A DNA stretch of 34,466 nucleotides from positions 1 through 34,466 of the forward strand of contig NKIB01000215.1 in assembly GCA_002256025.1 (NCBI GenBank), written 5' to 3'. Below the pieces are notes generated by a model, which made no database searches, was not told where the DNA came from, and worked only from the letters and a program-made list of their open reading frames with translations. Below are positions 21,521-32,602 of the stretch, piece after piece; the stretch's first letter is position 1; each line of letters begins with the position of its first letter. This DNA is from Asterionella formosa. Its lineage: Eukaryota. The translations under genes were made by a program, and so were the position numbers.

Positions 21521-23280
21521 ATGGGGTCTGATAATGGTAAGCGAAAGAGGGCTTGGAAATAATGTGTCGGAATCTCAACATCACGTTTCTAATTAAAAGT
21601 TTTTGTGTTTCTTCGACAAAAACAGGGAAAGCCCGACAAAAACTGCCACGGTGGTTTCTTTTGGGTACTCTTCTTTTATCTGCTCAATTGTTAGTTGTAT
21701 ACGTCACCATTCGTTCGATCGGAATCTCCTCTGCATCGCCGAGAGTACGGGATAGTCCCTTGTCAAGCCTTCCGGTGTCACTCAGGGAGACTTTGTCATC
21801 AAAGCTCACAGAGCCAAGGACTGATTCTTATTCTGCATCCAAACCACAAATAGCTGCCAGCAATCGCACCGATACACCGGACGGCACTTTTAATAACTTT
21901 CCCATCTACTTCAAAGACGGTCGACACGATCCAATACACTCGTCAGTCCAGTGTGTTGGTGAAAGCTACAATACACTGGCCTGGATACATCGATCTTGCA
22001 AGTTTCGCCATTTCTGTTTTGACACGGTCGCACAAGACTTTGTTATATATCAATCTAAAGAAGAGCAAGTACTTCAAGATGCCATGCATAATCGTGGCCA
22101 GTTCCATGATATATCGAACATTATGAATGTATCGGTCGCAATCGGAGGTATTAATACCAAGTGGACATGGAAATCTGGTGTACCTCGGATGGAGTGGTTC
22201 CCAAAGGTAATTCAAGGGGACTTGACAGAGCCTTACTATGAGCTGGATCCCAGTGTAGTTTGGATCCCCATTCACTCACTAGCAGGATTTAATCCAGGTG
22301 AGTTCTATTTCACGTATAGTCGTTCTCATGCATTGTCGCATGGTGTGAAATTTTGTCTTATTTGCAATCAACTATCATTCACAGGACATTTAGTATGGGA
22401 CGACTTTCTTCCAATCTACACTCTCATGAGAATTTTTCAGCTCTACGAAGGACGGCAATTGATGATGATGCGTTATATTCTAAAGGGTCCCAGAATGTGG
22501 GCTACATGTGATTTCACCCAATCGAACCAGGATTTGTGCAACGCCATGTACAAGAAATTCCTACCATTAATGGGTATGGCGGCCGACTACTTCTCCACTT
22601 CAGAAGACTTTCAATTCAATGTACCCAAGGGGAAAAAATCCAATCTTGTTTGTGCAGCACAAGGAGCTGCTGGAGTTGGGATGTTGACTGATCATGGGAA
22701 AAAACTTCATGGATGGGAAAAAACGGATTACGAAAGTGTTCACAATCATGGTCGGGGTTCGTTACTATTTGACTTTCGCAATTTTATGGTTTCAAATGCT
22801 GGTGTTGCTCTGGGTCCCATTTCACCACAGGGCCCGTACAAGATTACTGTTTCCTATTCCTCATCCAAGTCAACCATGCGGGGTTTCGATTTTGCAAAGC
22901 AAGTGGAAGCACTCAAGAATGGACTTGGTGACATGGTGCAGGTTACAGTGGTGATGCTGAAAGATTTGTCAGCTAAGGAACAAGTACAGCTCACTGCAGA
23001 GACTTCCATATTCATATCTTCTTGTGGAGGAGGAGCAATGACGGCAACTTTCTTGCCACAAGGGGCTAGTGTGATTTTGTACTACCCAGAGAAAGGGGGT
23101 GCTCGCAACAACAAGAGTACAGGATTGCCAGCATTGTTAGATTGGGATTTGTTCAATAACGCGGCATATATTCGAGCTCATTGGCTGCCAACATCAACCA
23201 TGGATGAGCCAGGAGATCTTGATATTTTGGTCAAATTGGTACGGCATGATTTGGACTTGATTTCTCATCAAATATACTAG
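21521..23280 (+). CDS. Glycosyltransferase family 61 (DUF563)-like type II membrane protein
   Basis: Exons 21521-21536, 21626-22297 and 22385-23280. Introns are GTAAGC...AACAG (89 nt) and GTGAGT...CACAG (87 nt). N-terminal TM; motifs RSCKFRHFCFD, NPGHLVWDDFLPIY (restored by splicing) and EQVQLTAETSIFISSCGGGAMTATFLPQGASVIL. Confidence 0.85.
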
Positions 23281-23371
23281 TCTTGATTTTTCGCTACAAT
23301 ATATTTTGTAACATTTGGTCAATTGATAGAGTGTGCATAGTATACCACCGGTATACTTATTCACGATGTAG

Positions 23372-23908
23372 CTACAACATTGGTCGTTCCTTTCCTAAGA
23401 AATAGACCCATTCATCTCCTTCTGTCCGTATCATCAACCACCTAGCATTCGGATTGTAAGGCACTGAAAACGTGATTGTATCAGAATATCGTTCTTCCTC
23501 ATTGCAGAGATTGTCGCATCCCCCCCTAGGAGCCAAGATGGCAAAAGCAGGAGTGACAGGTAATGGCTCTGGTATCACTTTGGCTACAATTCGTTCCCAT
23601 GTAGGGTTGATGTTGGAGATCGAGAGAACCCAACTATCATTGTTACTTGTAGGATACAATGTTCGAGTATTGTTGCAAAAAGATGGTTCTTCTTCCCAGT
23701 GCTGTACCCACTTTTCATCATCAACAGCAGTTGGCCACACATCAGAAACGTCAGCAACTACAGGTCGCTTCCCTTGCAATTCTCGAAAGGGACAGCAGCA
23801 ACAAGTATTCCTTGCTTTGATGGGGGTGAAAGCGCTCACAAATGGACAAGACAGTAACAAAAGAACCGTCAGGAGGGAGCGCTTTGGTTCCCTGGTGAGA
23901 ACTGACAT
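23372..23908 (-). CDS. Hypothetical protein with a bipartite (plastid-type) targeting sequence
   Basis: Probable start MSVLTREPKRSLLTVLLLLSCPFVSA|FTP is a signal peptide plus an ASAFAP-like motif. I do not recognise the mature region. Confidence 0.65.
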   Translation of the reverse strand: MSVLTREPKRSLLTVLLLLSCPFVSAFTPIKARNTCCCCPFRELQGKRPVVADVSDVWPTAVDDEKWVQHWEEEPSFCNNTRTLYPTSNNDSWVLSISNINPTWERIVAKVIPEPLPVTPAFAILAPRGGCDNLCNEEERYSDTITFSVPYNPNARWLMIRTEGDEWVYFLGKERPML

Positions 23909-24369
23909 AATTGTCGATCTGTCGACGATCAACAGGTGATGCGATATGTGATGGTCTTCATCAGTCTTGGGTGACGAGGGATGCATCACTCTGACTGTAC
24001 ATTATATACATGTTTACTACCGGTATATAATGCCGGTATATGCCGGTACTTTGTTAGTATGCATCATCCTACTAAATCTGATGAAATAATGCTGCTTGAC
24101 AATGCAATCACAATTTTTGACAACGGGACAAGAAGCAATCTCACATTATATGTTCCGGTATTTTAAGATGATGCAGCAAATATATTTATTAACATCATCA
24201 CACATCGCTCATATGATGATTGATGACCAACATCATGCCATGCATTGTATTATATGTAGGCGTCTGTGTAGCTCGCCTAATACTTCCACACAAGCACTGC
24301 AAGGCTTTACTAACGTGGAACTATAAAGTTTACTTTTGTTCATACCCTTTTCGGCAACGGCAGTGGCTG

Positions 24370-25176
24370 TCATGCCATTCGACTTGACCATAATTTCGGA
24401 GAGCCTTTTTGCAGGATCGTATGTGATTTCGTTAACATTGTTTCTCGCGCCTGCTGTCCTCTTCCAACTTGTTTGAAGTTGTCTTGCCATGCATGAGTAG
24501 TGGTAGTAGTAGTCATGCGCAGCCTTGGTATTGTCAATTCCCTTGGGTATTCCCTTTCATTGGCATAGTAATCCGCCTGCCCCATGAATAGTGCGTATTC
24601 CCTGGCGTTTGCAGAACACGATATTGCCACCTGTCCTAACGTTTCGGCCAGTTCGTCGACATTATCAAGAACTTGCTCAGCTTGCAGCATTGCCTGAGTT
24701 TGGAGGACTGTGTTTATATACTGCGATTTTCCAAGCTTACGCATCTTGCCATGTTTGAGATTGATCCACCGCTCCAATCCACGTCCAAGATGACCATGAC
24801 GGCACCATCTCTTCAGATTCTGCCGTGTCTTGAGGTTCTCTTCGTCAGTGGCAGCATGAGTCAGATCGTGAGCAGTACCTTCAAGCATGACATGAAACCC
24901 GACCTTTCTCGATTCTAGTACAAGGAGTCGAGCGCTCGTCTTGATGAATTCATAATCGTCCCTTGTGTACCAGGTTTTCTCCAACTCGGCAGGTGAAAAA
25001 GCACTGAGACTCTCTATTTCGACAAAGTGTTCCTTGTCGTCAAATGAAACGCTCCTTGTTCGCTTCTCTTCCCTTGGTAGTACAACGCTTCTAGGATCAT
25101 TGATTTGAAGGGAAGACATATAGGATGGGAACAGCTGCGATGATTCTCCGGTGGGCATTGTTGTTAAAGATACCAT
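24370..25176 (-). CDS. Diatom 'V.F-WY-RGLE' family hypothetical protein
   Basis: Probable start MVSLTTM (25176). Motifs RSVSFD..HFVEI, ELEKTWYTRDDYEFIK, WCRHGHLGRGLERWIN, VLQTQ, AISCSANAREYALFMGQAD. Confidence 0.8.
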   Translation of the reverse strand: MVSLTTMPTGESSQLFPSYMSSLQINDPRSVVLPREEKRTRSVSFDDKEHFVEIESLSAFSPAELEKTWYTRDDYEFIKTSARLLVLESRKVGFHVMLEGTAHDLTHAATDEENLKTRQNLKRWCRHGHLGRGLERWINLKHGKMRKLGKSQYINTVLQTQAMLQAEQVLDNVDELAETLGQVAISCSANAREYALFMGQADYYANEREYPRELTIPRLRMTTTTTTHAWQDNFKQVGRGQQARETMLTKSHTILQKGSPKLWSSRMA

Positions 25177-25384
25177 AATTTCCGTTTTGTTGCAAGAATT
25201 GATTTTTGTTCTTGTGCATACCGGTACTATATTTGGGATCTTTACACAATGAGGAGCGAATTGATGATTTGGTATTATTTTATGCAGGGACAAGGACGAT
25301 GACTGGGACTAGTGCGACAAAGTACATAACGGTATGATGCGCTCGTCACTACTCCTGTTACCGGTACAAGCTACTCCCGGTACT

Positions 25385-26050
25385 GAATGTTGTTGCGTGC
25401 TTTTAAAAGAATTGCCCTCCCTTTTGTCATGGAGACATACATAAAGTGTAAAGTAGTCGGAAACATTTGTTGCTTATGTAGCTAGACGAACGGATGTATT
25501 TCCCATCGACACAAAGTCTATACTGTACATAGACATAGCGGTATTTATATAAAACGGTTATCCTCATGGCAAAATTTCAGTACCTTGTACACTGGTACGA
25601 CAGGCGAAACATCTGCTGCTCCATACTGAGGACTGCAATGGACAATGCTGTGCGTAGGATGCTGTTTGCTTACGGCAATGCAGTCATCAACAATCTCGCA
25701 GCTCCGACATTTCGCTCGATTGTATTTATTATTCGACGATATTTTCTCGCGTCACGTCTCCATGTTTGTATACACTTCCTCCAATATGATTGGAGAAGTG
25801 ACTTGAAAACCGGTTATAGTAAATTCAGAATATCGTCCGAAATAATCGTTTTCTATTGCCCTTCTTGTGAATCAGAAGCAGTTTGATCAGCGTCATTGCT
25901 CCATCTCGAAGCATCTAGAAACAGTGACGTTGTCCGTTGATTTTGACTCAGTTTTCTTCGTCTACCGGTTTTGCACCCTCGGGGGTACAAAAGGTCTCGA
26001 CCAGGTGACGTTGTTTGATTTCGTTGTTCCTCGCGTTGACACATTTGTTC
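25385..26050 (-). pseudogene. Decayed coding-like remnant, probably TE-derived
   Basis: Broken minus frames, for example ITGFQVTSPIILEEVYTNMET*REKISSNNKYNRAKCRSCEIVDDCIAVSKQHPTHSIVHCSPQYGAADVSPVVPVYKVLKFCHEDNRFI*IPLCLC. No family recognised. Confidence 0.3.
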
Positions 26051-27279
26051 GTTGCGTTCGTTTTGCATTCGACCAAGGTTACACAGAGGTAGGTCCAAGG
26101 TTACCAAGGAAGGTCGGGTAAAACACGCTAAAAATCTCGATCATTACTGGACCTTCCACGTACGGTACCTGGTCCATGGTACTTATAAAGAGGTGTGTGA
26201 GAATAATGCCAGTCACCCACCCCGTCCAATTATAGTTTCATCGTGACCCGAATGATTTTCTCTGGCTCAATTGCCCTTTTGCGCGGCTTGCTCTAATATG
26301 AATACAATATACCAGTATATAGAAAGATTAAAATTGGTAACTACATTTGAAGAATATTTGTGCTTTAACAACATCCACTTATAAGCATCTCAAGCAAAAT
26401 GCAGATGCCTGACCCCCCTTTTTTCTTGCACCACCTCTTCTCAACAGGCATATGAGAAAGAATCTACAAAGATAACAAGAGCATCAACTTTTGTTGGATT
26501 ATGGTCTTTGGAACCTCAAAAAAGGACCTGATGGACAAAATTGATGGTCAAGTAGCTTGTATTAGTGCATGGAACCATCATGGAACCATGAATTATTTGG
26601 CAGGCCAGTACTAGCAATAATGATATATATCAAAGTGTTTGTTGTACTCCCTCGAGCACATTTCATGTGAAGATTTGTGCATTGTGGCATCATTGGGCCT
26701 GGACTACTATCTACATGGTGTACCTGGTATCTACCATTGTATACCAGGTAACAGTCCCCCACACTGGTAGAGGCGCAGATGAAACATTTTTTCATGCAGT
26801 TTATGGATGCAAAAATTGAAGCTCATTCATGCACTGCTAGTTCGTGATGAAGTCAGCCAGGGAGATGATATGACAATGCTGTGGCAAATATCTGGCCAAA
26901 TTTTTTTTCTCATGTACAGTACTGGTAATCAAACAACCTTTGGGAAACACCTGGCTGTAGCTAGCTGAAGGGCTGAAAAAGAAAGTGAATACCGGTATCT
27001 TGGGTTGGTTGTTACGGTACTTGTTGTTACCACGATATATAAAAAGAAATAATACCAGGTACCAAGGCGAGAACAGAAATGTCCGTCTTGACCCAAGAAA
27101 AATGAAGGAAATACCGTACCTAGTAGTAAATTATGACGTCTTCAGTTCCATTTTGGATTTCCAACCGAAGTGGGAATGAAAATATCTATTTTAATTTAGC
27201 GGTCATCCCAAATAAAAAACAATACCTGTAGTCCCTTCCTAGTAGCAACTACTGCTGCCAGGTACTATGATGTCCATTC

Positions 27280-27834
27280 TTATGTTTGGCCTCCACCGTA
27301 ATTGGGAACCAAAACTTGAGGCAATTTGGGAGCACCCCAAATTTTGGTCTGGAATTGATATTGTAACGAGACATAGACACTTGATGGGAGTTTTGTCAGC
27401 ACCACTCTTAAAGGGAATACAGGTAAGTCACTGTTATGTAGGATCGCTTTGACATGTTCTGCGGGATATTTGAACATATTTGAACATGGATCCCAAATAG
27501 GGAGATTTGACAACACATGAAAAAAATTTTGGGGTCACCTTGGGATTGTTGAAATCGTTGTGACCCAATGTAGGAATCTCGTTTCGACATCAAATGAGCT
27601 TCATTTGGGGTCATCTTGCGGCAGGGGTGGTAGTAACAACCAGTGTTCAAAATACCCCTCCCCTTTATCGGAATCCATCTGTACACGGAAATGCTCCACC
27701 ATTTTTGTGGCTGACAGGCCCAGTATGAATTCCTTCAGGTAATGGTTTGAATTATGACCTAATACAGAATCGGATGCGTGAACCAAATCAATGTTTCGTT
27801 TTGATTGGATAGTGGACAGAAGTTGTAGGAACAA
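27280..27834 (-). pseudogene. ~185-codon frame broken by two TGA stops
   Basis: ORFs 27601-27834 and 27280-27516 share one frame, bridged by *SSFDVETRFLHWVTTISTIPR*PQNFFH. Both stops are TGA, compatible with CGA>TGA decay. Confidence 0.5.
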
Positions 27835-28154
27835 TCACAAGGGACAATTGTAATTATGTACCGGAATCTTTGTTGGGTCACAATGGACAATTACAATGAC
27901 CAGAATCATTGCGTTCTCGTTTCCTTCCACTCGTTCTCATTTCCTTTCACTGCGTTGGTCAACCATCTGTTCGTCGACTTTGAGGGTTTATGTGATTTAC
28001 GTGTTAGGTTAATCTTACTTTATTTTTTATACAGTAAGTACCTTCTACTCATTACGGTAGTACAATACCCTGTAGGAGCCAATGCCTACCCCGATAGTTT
28101 GAAATTGCTGACTAAGGGGTTTTAGAGTACTAAAATTTAGCCAAGAAACGAGTT

Positions 28155-28264
28155 GGTACCAGGTTCCCTGTTACGGTACCAGGTTCCCTGTTACGGTACC
28201 AGGTTCCCTGTTACGGTACCAGGTTCCCTGTTACGATACCAGGTTCCCTGTAACGGTACCAGGT
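28155..28264. repeat. 20-bp minisatellite GGTACCAGGTTCCCTGTTAC, about 5.5 copies
   Basis: Four perfect units at 28155-28234, a fifth with two substitutions, then a half unit running into GGTACCAGG. Confidence 0.95.
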
Positions 28265-28945
28265 ACCAGGGTTAGTCATGACATTTCCCGACGAGCGTCG
28301 CAGAGTCTGTAGTGCCCGGTAAGTCTTCCGATTGGTGACTTGGACATACCTTGATTGCGGTATTGATCAGAGTTTACTGGAATTTTTTAGATTTACGTAT
28401 TATCCCGTTTGTTCTTCTGGTGTGGCTCCCTTTGTCGTCGACTTTGCTGTTTACATAGATATACCTAGTCCATATTTGTTAGACATGACAAATGATTTGA
28501 TTTATTATAATAGTGTCCTACAATAATAATTTTATTTAAATGGAGTTAGAGTAAAAAAAGTACGGTGTTTTTATCGTTTTCTTTACTCGATCTATTTTAT
28601 CAAGAAGAACCCAACTTGTTTGTCAGAGCATCGCGCTACGTAATGGTCTTTAATTGATTTATTTATATTCTCCGAGTGCGGGACAGTAGTAGCTAAAATA
28701 TTACGTGACACCTGTTCTTTCGATGTCTCCTGAAGGTCGGCCAATTTTGTAACATGAGTGTGACTCGTATTAATACAGAGGGTTCTTTCCAATTTTTGTT
28801 GATGTCACTTCAAGTTCGGCCGTAAAACACAACTGTAGAAGCGCACACTGCCAGCGTATTATCATAAACTTGAAAGACTACTGTGAAATTGTGTTACTTA
28901 AATCCACAACATTGATCGCTTTTAGCACCCAAACAATCCATTCAA

Positions 28946-29650
28946 ATGACTACTGCTAAGCCAAGGAAATCGAGGCAACCTGTTCGTTTTGCTTCAGCAA
29001 GCTGTTTGGCAACCATTATCACTGATGTGGTGAGTGATCATGGAAATTTTGTAGACCTGAGCCATGATGAGGATTCCATAGCCACCAAATGGTACGATGC
29101 TTCTGAAATGGGCAATATTCGAAACACCGCACTGCAGCTTGCAATGTCCTTCAAACAGCTTGGTATGGACACTTTACTCCAAGATGTGTTTTCGCCACCG
29201 AAGCAGCTCGGGGCTTCCGGCGGAAGGCGCCACAAAAAGGACTATCATTCTCAAGCCAAGCTAATTCACTGGACAACACACGGTCATTCCAGTCGAGGCA
29301 TTGAAGCTCTTGTCAATATGAATCATGGACAACTTCGTGCTTCACAGCGACGTTTCACAATTCAACAAGTGCTTCGTGCTCAAGCCAAGTGTCGGAAAGT
29401 ACTACGATCAACGAACCAAGAAAAGCGGGAGAAATATATTTCCTATGTGTCTATGCATTGCTCTCAACCAGCAGTTGCCTTTGCGTCGATGCTGGGAGGT
29501 GCAGATGCACTTGCCGCTCACTACGAATACAAAAAGTCAGCGCCGCCATTAAAGTCGAATGATGATGCTTCCTGTTCCGATAAAGAAGCCTCTACCACCA
29601 CGAACCAGCAGCAAACACTGGTTGACTCCACATTTTCTCGGGCGGCATGA
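28946..29650 (+). CDS. Diatom 'V.F-WY-RGLE' family hypothetical protein, 234 aa; paralog of 24370-25176
   Basis: Motifs PVRFA, TKWYDASEMGNIR, WTTHGHSSRGIEALVN..HG..R, QQVLRAQ, SMHCSQPAVAFASMLGGAD. Confidence 0.82.
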   Translation: MTTAKPRKSRQPVRFASASCLATIITDVVSDHGNFVDLSHDEDSIATKWYDASEMGNIRNTALQLAMSFKQLGMDTLLQDVFSPPKQLGASGGRRHKKDYHSQAKLIHWTTHGHSSRGIEALVNMNHGQLRASQRRFTIQQVLRAQAKCRKVLRSTNQEKREKYISYVSMHCSQPAVAFASMLGGADALAAHYEYKKSAPPLKSNDDASCSDKEASTTTNQQQTLVDSTFSRAA

Positions 29651-29994
29651 GCGCTATGAATGACACCCCCCCTGTACTTTTTGCACATGATGATGATGAT
29701 GATGATGAACAATGAGGTTAAAACGAAATTACATTTACATTCCACACCTATATACTAAGATATGTGAACTATACTATACAATTAGTAAAACTCAAGTAAC
29801 TTTTGCTTTTTCAAAATGAGACTTTTTGCTATTTACTGGGAATCCGACGTAGTGACAATATCTACCTTTCGCCAACAAAACTACGAGGGCACAGCTATGT
29901 TTGAAAGCATGCTTATGTTTGCATTGCCAAAGCGACAGTAGCCGAGACTGAGTAGCATCCACCAAGAGCATATCTAAACATGCCCTTTTCAAGT

Positions 29995-30558
29995 CTACGC
30001 AAACCACTCATTGGCACCTCCTTTGTATACCACCACTTTCGTATATCCAACTCCCAAGGCAATTTCGGCAGCCCGCGTTGCACGGATTCCAGCCGCACAC
30101 GAAAACACCAACGTTTCGTCCATTGTCGGCTTATCAAAGCCAAAGGCTGTTTTGAATTCTTGTTCGTCCAATCGGAAACACCCATCAATAATGGCAGGGA
30201 GAGGAAGAGTCTGTGTGTGCGGGGATAGGGGTCCCGTCGCCGCCACTTCAGGTGCATTCCGAACGTCCAACACAATATATCCTGAATCCTCGCGGCCTCC
30301 TTCTTCGAAGTCTTCCAAAATGTCTACCATATCGTCTTTAGAAATTTCCTTCATGGCAGGGCTCTCACTAAATGAGAAAAAGAGTCGAGTGGTGTCCAAG
30401 CGCGGACGAGTCGCAGCTGTCGAAATAATAGTAGACAACAGAATATTTTGTGTGCTCATCATGGGCTCTGCGCGGATTGTGAACGCTGCGCAGGGACGGG
30501 CCACTGTTAATGAAGAGGAGGCAATGAATGCCATTCGAGTAACGGAACTGAATCTCAT
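29995..30558 (-). CDS. Single-domain rhodanese (sulfurtransferase), organelle-targeted, 187 aa
   Basis: VLDVRNAPEV..TG, LVFSCAAGIRA (active-site Cys loop) and YKGGANEWF. N-terminal targeting extension with CAA|FT. Confidence 0.9.
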   Translation of the reverse strand: MRFSSVTRMAFIASSSLTVARPCAAFTIRAEPMMSTQNILLSTIISTAATRPRLDTTRLFFSFSESPAMKEISKDDMVDILEDFEEGGREDSGYIVLDVRNAPEVAATGPLSPHTQTLPLPAIIDGCFRLDEQEFKTAFGFDKPTMDETLVFSCAAGIRATRAAEIALGVGYTKVVVYKGGANEWFA

Positions 30559-31092
30559 GATGATAGTAGTCTATTAGACGTGTTGCGTTTTGTGTTCTTG
30601 GACTTTGTAAAAACCGAATACCGGTACGCAGTAGATATTATTACTACGGTAGTATTGTACCGGGAACAGAATGAGAACGGACGGGAAAATAGGATGCAAA
30701 AAGCTGACGCTGTGGCGGATAAAACGCCTTGCTTGCTGTGGTGACAAGTCGTAAAATTAGTACTTCAAGCTATTATAAGCTAAGGATGTTTTTAAATCGT
30801 TAAAGTGGAGAGCTAGGATAGGCCAACTAGCATTCGCGATCATGCATAAGCAACGAACAGGCCCTTTCTGACAGCTACCAGGTACTGTACATAGTGTACA
30901 CACGCACAGCGAAGGTCGGAGAAATGAAAATATGTCCGTGGTATATGTAGCACGCATCATTTCCTATGACATAATTATATGAACAGTGCATTTCCGGCAT
31001 TCGCCTACCGGTATACGACAATCATCACTACATACATATCTGCAATGTTTACCGCGGCTTGGTGGGGTATTATGGAATTTTATTGCAACCTT

Positions 31093-31199
31093 GCAAGTTG
31101 CGGCTATTTTGCTGTTAGAGTATTTTTGCTGAAACTAAAGCTTTAGCTCTCTTTATCCCGGATTAAAATGTTAGTTAAAGCAAAATGACCGCAACTTGC
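31093..31199. mobile_element. 107-bp MITE-like element with 21-bp terminal inverted repeats
   Basis: Left GCAAGTTGCGGCTATTTTGCT; right AGCAAAATGACCGCAACTTGC (reverse complement GCAAGTTGCGGTCATTTTGCT, 19/21 identical). A second copy lies at 10394. No clear TSD. Confidence 0.8.
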
Positions 31200-31642
31200 T
31201 CTGATACCGTAAACCAGACTGTACGCACTATGGTACCTAGTACTGCGAGTACACGATACAATAATCTATACCGGTAACTTGTTATTTCTATTAGATGAGT
31301 CTATCTCGGTACTCCATCAACCATTAAGAGTAGTATACTGGTGTGGAAGCAAATATCTAAGTGTACAACAGTTGACATCATTTTGGAGCAAATGTGAAGT
31401 CCTCCAACACTCTTGTTAAAAATGCCCGGGAACTGCCAAGAAACTGACCTCCTGTAACTATAAATTGTGCTAGAAAGTGAGCAGAGTGTGCATGTTTAAA
31501 AGAACAAAAATAGTTGGGGTCTTGGGGTTTAAAATATGAATAATAATAGCTTTCTGTGAATCAACCATCATAGTGTGCGGAGTATGGTCATTCACTCTGC
31601 CAAAAGCCCTTGCATAAAGAATGGATGCAAGTTCCTATATTT

Positions 31643-32602
31643 CTATTTCCCCAATGTGCGCTTAGTTCTCTCATTTCCTTCCACACTTGGAGGATCCAAA
31701 TTATTAATAATTCCCTCCGCAAACAAGAAAAAGCATAAACTGATAAAATGACTCAACATTCCATTGGTATTGGCTTGGACTACTAAAATATCCAATGGTT
31801 GAATCATGGTGGCACCACTCCCAATCAAAATACCCTGTTGCTGTGTATTGCTCAACACTTTAATGGCCAATCCACCAATAATAGTACCTGCACCACCTAA
31901 ATGCAATCCCATTCCTACTAAATTCAATGCCACCCCTACTTTGACAAATCGTCTCATCATGGTAGCAGCAGCAATTTTTGTGGTTTCAGGACGTTTGACA
32001 CGTGATGCCAATCGTGTCCCACCCCATGTCCAGAATGTGGATAAAAATGAAACAAAAATACCTAGTGTATTGTATGATCATGTGCATGTGCATGTGTGTG
32101 AGTTAGTAAGTTAGTTGTGAGTGAACATGTGTGTGTATGTGTGAATGCAACTATGTAATATAGAGAGAATCCCATTCAGTGCACTAATGTTCTGTAGTAC
32201 AGAACACAGACACAAACACATACCTGTTCCTGTCAAGAACAAACCAGCAGCTTCCTTCCGAATAGCATCAGTAGACGAAGTAGAATTCAGTAGGATACTT
32301 CGCGCAAATATCAAAATTACAGTACTGACAATCGACAAGGGGAATTGACACCACCACGAGGTCCAAGAATTGCGCCAAAGTGTCTTTTGAGTGGATAGTA
32401 GTAACACGTCGTTATTCCCTCGTGAGGCAGTATCATCAGCAGCAGCCTCAGCAGCAGCGTACATTCGAGAACGACTGGCATATGATGTTGACGTTCTTGC
32501 CCATGATGATGTTGTTGCTGATAGTTGAAACGTATGAACTGGATGATAATGGCCGAACAAAACGAGAGCCATTGACGAGAGGAAAAGCGTCGGGAGCTTC
32601 AT
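31643..32602 (-). CDS. TIC21: Tic21/PIC1-like plastid inner-envelope protein (DUF3611), 265 aa
   Basis: Exons 32602-32224 and 32061-31643, with a 162-nt GTATGT...CTAG phase-1 intron. Signal peptide plus T|FQL transit peptide. Motifs SWTSWWCQFPLSIVSTVILIFA, SFLSTFWTW, LNLVGM and IQPLDILVVQANTNGMLSHFISL. Confidence 0.88.

Noticed and set aside
28155..28264. CRISPR-like array
   Set aside because: Units are contiguous with no unique spacers, there are no cas genes, and the context is eukaryotic.
30011..30577. 188-aa + strand ORF (also 23472-23939 +)
   Set aside because: Antisense to well-supported minus-strand genes.
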